DNA from: Longimicrobiales bacterium
Lineage (GTDB): Bacteria > Gemmatimonadota > Gemmatimonadetes > Longimicrobiales > Gaopeijiaceae
Assembly (NCBI GenBank): GCA_965238005.1
Contig: OZ250165.1
Location: 2,048,001-2,112,000 of the forward strand
Length of the DNA: 64,000 nt
Reading direction: 5' to 3'
Below are positions 59,052 to 64,000 of this stretch, one piece after another. The stretch's first letter is position 1. Each line of letters begins with the position of its first letter. A program made the position numbers and the translations under genes. The notes beneath the pieces are model-generated. The model had not been told where the DNA came from, did no database searches, and saw nothing but the letters and a program-made list of their open reading frames with translations.

Positions 59052-60359
59052 GATTTTCTGGCTGGCCAGGGCCACAAGCCCTTCGTTCGTGCGGGTTCTC
59101 CGCATGACCCCCAACAACTCGGTCATGGCGTCCGCCGGTGACACGTCGGACAGTTGTCGACGCATGGCTCGAGAGACGGACAGGCTATCCGGATCGAGGA
59201 GCAGCTCCTCTTTCCGGGTCGCCGACCCGATCAGATCGATGGCCGGATAGATTCTCTTGTCGGCCAGCTCACGGCTCAGCAGCAGCTCGCTGTTCCCCGT
59301 GCCCTTGAACTCCTCGAAGATGACCTGATCCATCCGGGATCCCGTATCGACCAGGGCGGTGGCCACGATGGTGAGCGATCCTCCCCCCTGCCTCGGGTCG
59401 ATCTTTCTTGCGCTGCCGATGAACCGCTTCGGCTTCTCCAGCGAGTTGGCGTCGAGACCGCCCGACAGGGTGCGGCCGCTTCCTTCTTCGACCGTGTTGT
59501 AGGCCCGGGCGAGTCGCGTGATGGAGTCCAGAATGATCACCACGTCCTGTCCTCCCTCCACCATGCGGCGGGCCCGCTCGAGGGTCATCTCGGCGACCTG
59601 GCAGTGGCGCTCGGCCGGCCGATCGAAGCTCGACGCGATCACCTCGCCGAAGCCGCACATCTCCATGTCGGTGATCTCCTCGGGCCGCTCGTCGGCCAGG
59701 AGGATCATGAGGCGGCACTCCGGATGGTTCGTCACGATCCCTTCGGCCACCGCCTGTAGGACCGTGGTCTTACCGGCCTTAGACGGAGAGACGATCATGG
59801 CTCGCTGCCCCTTGCCGAAAGGGCAGAACAGGTCGATGACCCGGTTCGTGTAGTCGGGCTCTCCACCCACCATCCGGTCACAGGACAGGACGAGCTGCTC
59901 GTTGGGGTGCACAGCGCTCAGCCGGTTGAAGTCGGGGCGCCGCTTGGCGTCCTCGGGAGGGCCACCATTGACCAAGGCCAGATGCGTGAGCGGTGGACTC
60001 TTTCCGTTCTTGGGACGCCGCCCCACGACGCCGTTGAGCTCGTCTCCCGTGCGCAGGCCGAATTTGTGAATGACCTTTGCGCCGACGTAGATGTCTTCCT
60101 TGCTGGCCGTATAACCGGCGTCACGGCGACGGATGAAACCGGAGCCGCTGCCCAGGACATCCAAGACACCGAGGGGCTCACTCGGCTCACGCCGCTCATG
60201 CTGATCGCGTTGACCCTGATGCTCTTGTCGATCCTGCCGCTCAGGACGATCCTGTTGCCCAGGGCGATCTTCCTGCGCAGGGCGATCCTGTTCCTCGGGC
60301 TCCAGCTGATCTTGCCGAGCCTCGGAGTCGAGCCGATCGATGGGTGTGTTACCGTCCAC
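59049..60359 (-). CDS. rho: transcription termination factor Rho, atypical (no N-terminal helical domain, QDR-repeat N-terminus)
   Basis: GSGFIRR, GLRTGD, GKGQR, KAGKT, DERPEE, LDSITRLARAYN, FEEFKGTGN. GTG start inferred. Confidence 0.88.
   Translation of the reverse strand: MDGNTPIDRLDSEARQDQLEPEEQDRPAQEDRPGQQDRPERQDRQEHQGQRDQHERREPSEPLGVLDVLGSGSGFIRRRDAGYTASKEDIYVGAKVIHKFGLRTGDELNGVVGRRPKNGKSPPLTHLALVNGGPPEDAKRRPDFNRLSAVHPNEQLVLSCDRMVGGEPDYTNRVIDLFCPFGKGQRAMIVSPSKAGKTTVLQAVAEGIVTNHPECRLMILLADERPEEITDMEMCGFGEVIASSFDRPAERHCQVAEMTLERARRMVEGGQDVVIILDSITRLARAYNTVEEGSGRTLSGGLDANSLEKPKRFIGSARKIDPRQGGGSLTIVATALVDTGSRMDQVIFEEFKGTGNSELLLSRELADKRIYPAIDLIGSATRKEELLLDPDSLSVSRAMRRQLSDVSPADAMTELLGVMRRTRTNEGLVALASQKI
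60186..60312 (-). repeat. degenerate 18-bp repeat encoding EQDRPA/QEDRPG/QQDRPE in the Rho N-terminus
   Basis: AGG(G/A)CGATC recurs at 60243, 60261 and 60279. Confidence 0.75.
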
Positions 60360-60753
60360 TGTTCTGGTTTTCCTTGATATGGGCTCACGCAGTCGCGAGC
60401 CGAACTGCACTTCTCGAGGAACGAGCGAAAACGAATCTCATCGCTTCTGCCTACACGTTCCCGCCGTCCCGATGGCGAAGCAAGCTACCGAGATATTCAG
60501 GCTCGAAAGGGTTCCGCGCCCTGGCGGTGTCGGGGCGCTCCGTCCAACTTGCCAGTCCGTGTTCGCTACGAAGGCGCACGGGCGATTCCGATGGTCTAAA
60601 CCACCAGGGACGGTATGTCCGAGATTGGAACGACTCGAGTTCGGCCTGAAGAATCGGAAATCTGCGTTCCAGGCACCCGAATGGGTGGATTCTAATCTTC
60701 CTCGTTTCCTGCTCCATGGCAAGGGACGCGGTGACATTCACAGAGGCCGGGTC

Positions 60754-61406
60754 ATGTTGTCGGTCCGTCACGAACGTCGTGATTTCCTCAAATCGCTAGC
60801 GGCGCCGGCTCTGCCGGGCCTGCCGTCGCGCGGCTCCAACGCCTCGAAGAGGCCTTCGGGGCCGAGCTCGATACCGTCGCTCACCGGCCTCGTTCTTCCC
60901 TGGCCTGGGAGGCGCTCAGGGACCGGTACATGCTCGGCCCGGACGTCGTCTATCTGAATCACGCCTCTATCGGGACCATCATGTGGGTCACGTGGGGACA
61001 ACGCCGCTGGGCGGGGAGCGGACGGATGTTCGAGGACTACGGCACCAGAAACCTCCCGGAGGTCCTGGCCATGGGAGACGCTCTCGACTTCCAGGGCACC
61101 CTCGGTACCGACGACAAGGTCGCTCGTTACCGGGAGATCAGAGCCAGCCTCAGGGCTTGGGTGGACGCCGACCCGTCCCTTTCATGGCGGTCTTCCGAGA
61201 GCTGGGAGCTCGGAGCCTCGCTCATCGGAATCGGCTTCGAGACGCCCCAGGCCAACACGGTTTCGGTCGGCATGTATGAAGAGCGGGGGATCGTCCTTCG
61301 TCCATTTCAGACCCAGGGCCTCAACGCCCTGCGAATCTCCCCCAACACCATCACGTCGGCGGCGGAGATCGAGTCCCTCTTCGCGGCCCTCGACGCCCGG
61401 TACTGA
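60754..61406 (+). pseudogene. Tat-signal class V aminotransferase (isopenicillin-N-epimerase-like) pseudogene
   Basis: RRDFLK twin-Arg signal in one frame, frameshift near 60835, then YLNHASIGT joined directly to C-terminal FEDYGTRN...LRISP. The central PLP-Lys region is absent. Confidence 0.75.
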
Positions 61407-61540
61407 GCTGACCATAGGTCGCTCAGCCTGTCCTACACCGGGTTTCCACTTGTCCTCCGCCGGGGACATCCGGCGCCGGCCTTTGCGGCGCTACCGGCCG
61501 GACCTAGTTTATATACAGGGATTTCAGGGGATCTCGTCCG

Positions 61541-61556
61541 TGGCACGGCCCGTGCA
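61541..61556 (+). promoter_or_regulatory. sigma54 -24/-12 promoter
   Basis: TGGCACGGCCCGTGCA versus consensus TGGCACG-N4-TTGCW, AT-rich tract upstream, AAGGAGG RBS before GTG 61591. Confidence 0.6.
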
Positions 61557-61590
61557 CGGTATGGAAACGAGATCTTCCAAGGAGGCACAC

Positions 61591-61836
61591 GTGCGCAGGC
61601 TGATCGGAACGGCTCTGACACTCGGCTTCGCCCTCGTTTGGCGTCCCGACGCGGCCGCTGGACAGTATTCCTGGAGCAATTTCTCCTTCTCGCTAGGCGT
61701 CGGCACCCACGGTGTGGGCTTGGGAGTGGGGCTGTCCTATTCGAGCGTGGGTTCCTGGTACGATATCGAGTACCACGATCCGTGCTGGGACTACACCTAC
61801 TACGACTGGTACTCCTTCTACGCACTGTCCATCTAG
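61591..61836 (+). CDS. secreted Tyr/Trp-rich hypothetical protein, probably truncated by the integrative element
   Basis: Strong RBS, signal peptide ending AAAG-Q, stop codon lies at the abrupt GC drop. Confidence 0.55.
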   Translation: MRRLIGTALTLGFALVWRPDAAAGQYSWSNFSFSLGVGTHGVGLGVGLSYSSVGSWYDIEYHDPCWDYTYYDWYSFYALSI

Positions 61837-61933
61837 GTTCCAGGAAGTCCCATAAGACAAGTGAAGTTGTTGTAGGGGATATACTTATGTTATATTGCCA
61901 TCTCAGGAAGGCCGCTATATTCCAAGACCTAAA

Positions 61934-61967
61934 GGGTGATCCACGGGGTGATCGCAAAAGGGTGACC
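61934..61967 (+). repeat. three GGGTGAYC direct repeats (putative integrase arm-type sites)
   Basis: GGGTGATC 61934-61941, GGGTGATC 61946-61953, GGGTGACC 61960-61967, immediately before the integrase ATG. Confidence 0.65.
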
Positions 61968-61969
61968 AG

Positions 61970-63130
61970 ATGGGCAGACACGCCAAGAAACTCACTGCCG
62001 CCTTCGTGCGGAGCGTCCGGGAACCGGGGCTGTATTGGGACGAGCACGGCCTCGTGCTACGGGTCAAGCCGTCTGGCTACAAGCAGTGGATCCAGCGGCT
62101 GTTCATTCACGGCAAGCGCAGGGAGTTGGGGCTCGGTTCGGTCCGCCTCGTGACGCTGGCCGAGGCGCGGGACACGGCGCTGGCCAACCGCAAGGTGGCC
62201 CGCGCGGGCGGCGATCCGAGGACGAAGCGGCACAGTTCAGTGCCGACGTTCGAGCGGGCGGCGGCCAAGGTCTTCGCCATGCACCGTCCGACCTGGACCG
62301 ACAGGCACGCGGGCCAGTGGATGGCGACGCTGCGCACCTATGCGTTTCCCGGGATCGGGGGGAAGCGGGTGGACCGGATCGCGTCCGCCGACGTCATGGG
62401 GGTGCTGCTTCCGGTCTGGAACGGGAAGCACCAGACGGCCAAGCGGGTCCGTCAGCGGATTTCGACGGTGATGCGGTGGGCGATCGCGCAGGGCTACCGC
62501 GTGGACAACCCCGCGGGCGATGCGATCGGCGCCGCGCTGCCGAGGCCTCCGCGCGTCCAGAAGCACTACAAGGCGCTGCCCTACGGGGAAGTGGCCGGGG
62601 CGATTGACGCGATCCAGCGATCCGAGGCAAGGGTGACGGTGAAGCTGGGCTTCGAGTTTCTGGTGCTGACGGCCTGCCGGTCGGGCGAGGTGCGTGGGGC
62701 TCGCTGGGAGGAGGTCGACCTGGAGGGCGGAGTGTGGACGATCCCGGCGGAGCGGATGAAGAGCCGGCGGGAGCACCGGGTGCCGCTGTCGGCGCGGGCG
62801 AGGGAGATCCTGGCCGAGGCGAAGGCGCACGCGCCTCGTTCGGAGTGGGTGTTCCCGTCCGCGAGGCGGCTGGTGCTGCCGAGTTTCGAGTTCGCGGGCC
62901 TGCTCAAGGCGCTCGGGATCGCGGCCGTGCCGCACGGCTTCCGCTCCAGCTTCCGGGACTGGACGGCGGAGCGCACCGACGCGCCGCACGCGGTCATGGA
63001 GGCGGCGCTGGCGCACGCGGTCCGCAACAGGGTGGAGGCCGCCTACGCCCGCTCGGACCTGTTCGAGCGCCGCCGCGTCCTGATGGAGCAGTGGGCGGGC
63101 TACCTGGCTGGCGAGCGTCGACACGCGTAG
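61970..63130 (+). CDS. P4-type tyrosine integrase with arm-binding domain
   Basis: N-terminal GLVLRV...ELGLGS...LAEAR, catalytic ACRSGE (R), MK, HGFRSSF (HxxR), LAH, AAYARS (Y). Confidence 0.95.
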   Translation: MGRHAKKLTAAFVRSVREPGLYWDEHGLVLRVKPSGYKQWIQRLFIHGKRRELGLGSVRLVTLAEARDTALANRKVARAGGDPRTKRHSSVPTFERAAAKVFAMHRPTWTDRHAGQWMATLRTYAFPGIGGKRVDRIASADVMGVLLPVWNGKHQTAKRVRQRISTVMRWAIAQGYRVDNPAGDAIGAALPRPPRVQKHYKALPYGEVAGAIDAIQRSEARVTVKLGFEFLVLTACRSGEVRGARWEEVDLEGGVWTIPAERMKSRREHRVPLSARAREILAEAKAHAPRSEWVFPSARRLVLPSFEFAGLLKALGIAAVPHGFRSSFRDWTAERTDAPHAVMEAALAHAVRNRVEAAYARSDLFERRRVLMEQWAGYLAGERRHA

Positions 63131-63188
63131 GCCGGTGCCCAGCCGCCGAGGGGCGATCCGTTGAGGCCCGATCCGAGGCCGATCCACG

Positions 63189-63651
63189 GCTGGCTCATGA
63201 CCCCTTAAGGGTCAAGAGCCAGCATACCCTTTGTACCCACAAAGGGGCTGGCGAGGGGCTCCGCCCCTTCGATCCCGAAGGACGCCCGCGCTCCGCTGCG
63301 GGGTGCGTGCTCGCCCAGCGTGCGAGCCGTGTCCGGTCGCGCCCGATGGAGCCTGGTCAGGCGGCTCCGCTCGCGCTCAATGGCGCGTGCAGGCGCGGTC
63401 CACGTTCGCCTCCGCGCCATCGTCGGTCGCCGCGACCTCGCAGGCGGCGTGCGGGCGACCGCCATGACGGTGAGGCGGTCTGCGGGGAGCGCACCGGCGA
63501 CGCGGTTCGCGACGGCGGCACCCACCGCTCGCTGCCCCGGCAGCGGCGCGGGAAGTTGGGGGTTCAAGGGGGGCGCAGCGTCCCCTTGGCCAGCCCCTTT
63601 GTGGGTACAAAGGGTAGGCTGGCTTACGCTCCTTAAGGGGCGTGAGCCAGC
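63189..63651. other. non-coding cassette bounded by two inverted oriT-like (ColE1 bom-type) hairpin arrays
   Basis: Exact 28-bp inverted repeat (63225-63252 / 63589-63616) within about 85-bp imperfect arms. Each arm reads GGGG..CCCC hairpin, CCAG-N25-CTGG^CT, then a TTAA-centred hairpin. Confidence 0.65.
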
Positions 63652-63691
63652 GCTTCCACCCGCGGCCAGCGACGCGGTCGTGGCGGGCGGG

Positions 63692-64000
63692 CTACGGCTT
63701 GCCGACGGCCTCCAAGGGCTCCCCCGTGACGGACGAGCCGTGGCCTCGGTCCACCCGGCGGAGGAGGTGCCTCAAGGGTCCGAAGACCGGCACATCGCGG
63801 GGCGGAACCTCGACCGGCTCTCCGATCTTGAGGTTGCGGCCCGTGCGGGCCTTGCGGTGCCGCAGCTTGAAGGTGCCGAAGCCCCGGAGCTCGATGTGGT
63901 CGCCGCGCGCCAGCGCGTCTTTCACAGCGTCGAGGAAGGCGTCGACCACCAGCCCGCAGTCCCTCTTGGTGGCTCGCGGTCCGGCCGCATCGGCGGCCTG
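63692..64000 (-). CDS. IHF/HU-family DNA-binding protein (5' end outside the window, degenerate arm)
   Basis: IELRGFGTF, ARTGRNLKIGE. The frame is open to the window edge. Confidence 0.85.
   Translation of the reverse strand, partial: QAADAAGPRATKRDCGLVVDAFLDAVKDALARGDHIELRGFGTFKLRHRKARTGRNLKIGEPVEVPPRDVPVFGPLRHLLRRVDRGHGSSVTGEPLEAVGKP

Larger units (their letters stand above)
61837..64000. mobile_element. integrative element / genomic island, left part (runs off the window)
   Basis: AT-rich junction, imperfect inverted repeat 61848-61879, three GGGTGAYC direct repeats before the integrase, integrase, oriT-like cassette, extra IHF/HU gene. Confidence 0.7.

Noticed and set aside
60411..60750. 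Long region upstream of rho as a riboswitch or RNA gene
   Set aside because: I could not match it to any RNA family by eye. An Rfam/Infernal search would be needed.
61868..61895. Chromosomal dif site
   Set aside because: Only the XerD-like arm matches. The 11 bp at the XerC position (TGTTGTAGGGG) do not, so it is not a canonical 28-bp dif.
63205..63636. ORFs 63205-63567 (-) and 62734-63636 (+) both containing PLASPFVGTKG
   Set aside because: The shared peptide is just the translated inverted repeat. The composition is low-complexity Arg/Ala/Pro and there is no RBS.
63189..63651. Retron msr-msd or protelomerase site interpretation of the inverted repeats
   Set aside because: No reverse transcriptase or protelomerase is in the window, and the oriT-like spacing fits better. 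Not fully excluded, because the island continues beyond 64000.

Overview
High-GC bacterial chromosomal window. GC is estimated by eye, not computed. Gene content and synteny suggest Gemmatimonadota, which is an inference. Mobile DNA sits at both ends. Left: a complete IS1595-family element (3-1814) with 24-bp terminal inverted repeats, each carrying an inward-facing sigma70 promoter, plus a cargo membrane-protein gene. Core: trmH, an Hpt/RR/hybrid-kinase phosphorelay, fba-rpiA-rpe, aroF preceded by a Tyr/Phe leader-peptide attenuator, argR/argG/argH with ARG boxes, trxC and a TonB-dependent receptor. Next is an ergothioneine locus (egtC, egtD, type-I egtB). It lacks egtA and egtE in the window but has a fold-II PLP dehydratase coupled to egtC and an adjacent betaine-type ABC importer. 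Further on: an amino-sugar/GT-C surface glycosylation cluster, MFS and proline dehydrogenase, tandem VPS10/BNR proteins, c-di-GMP genes, ybbAP-tesA, an atypical Rho and a class V aminotransferase pseudogene. Right: the start of an integrative element with a P4-type tyrosine integrase, arm-type repeats and a degenerate IHF/HU gene. It contains a 463-bp non-coding cassette bounded by two inverted, ColE1-bom-like oriT-type sites, with no relaxase visible. Five dispersed copies of an IS630-like MITE family are present, and three of them overlap TAG stop codons. No CRISPR array, rRNA or tRNA was recognised.
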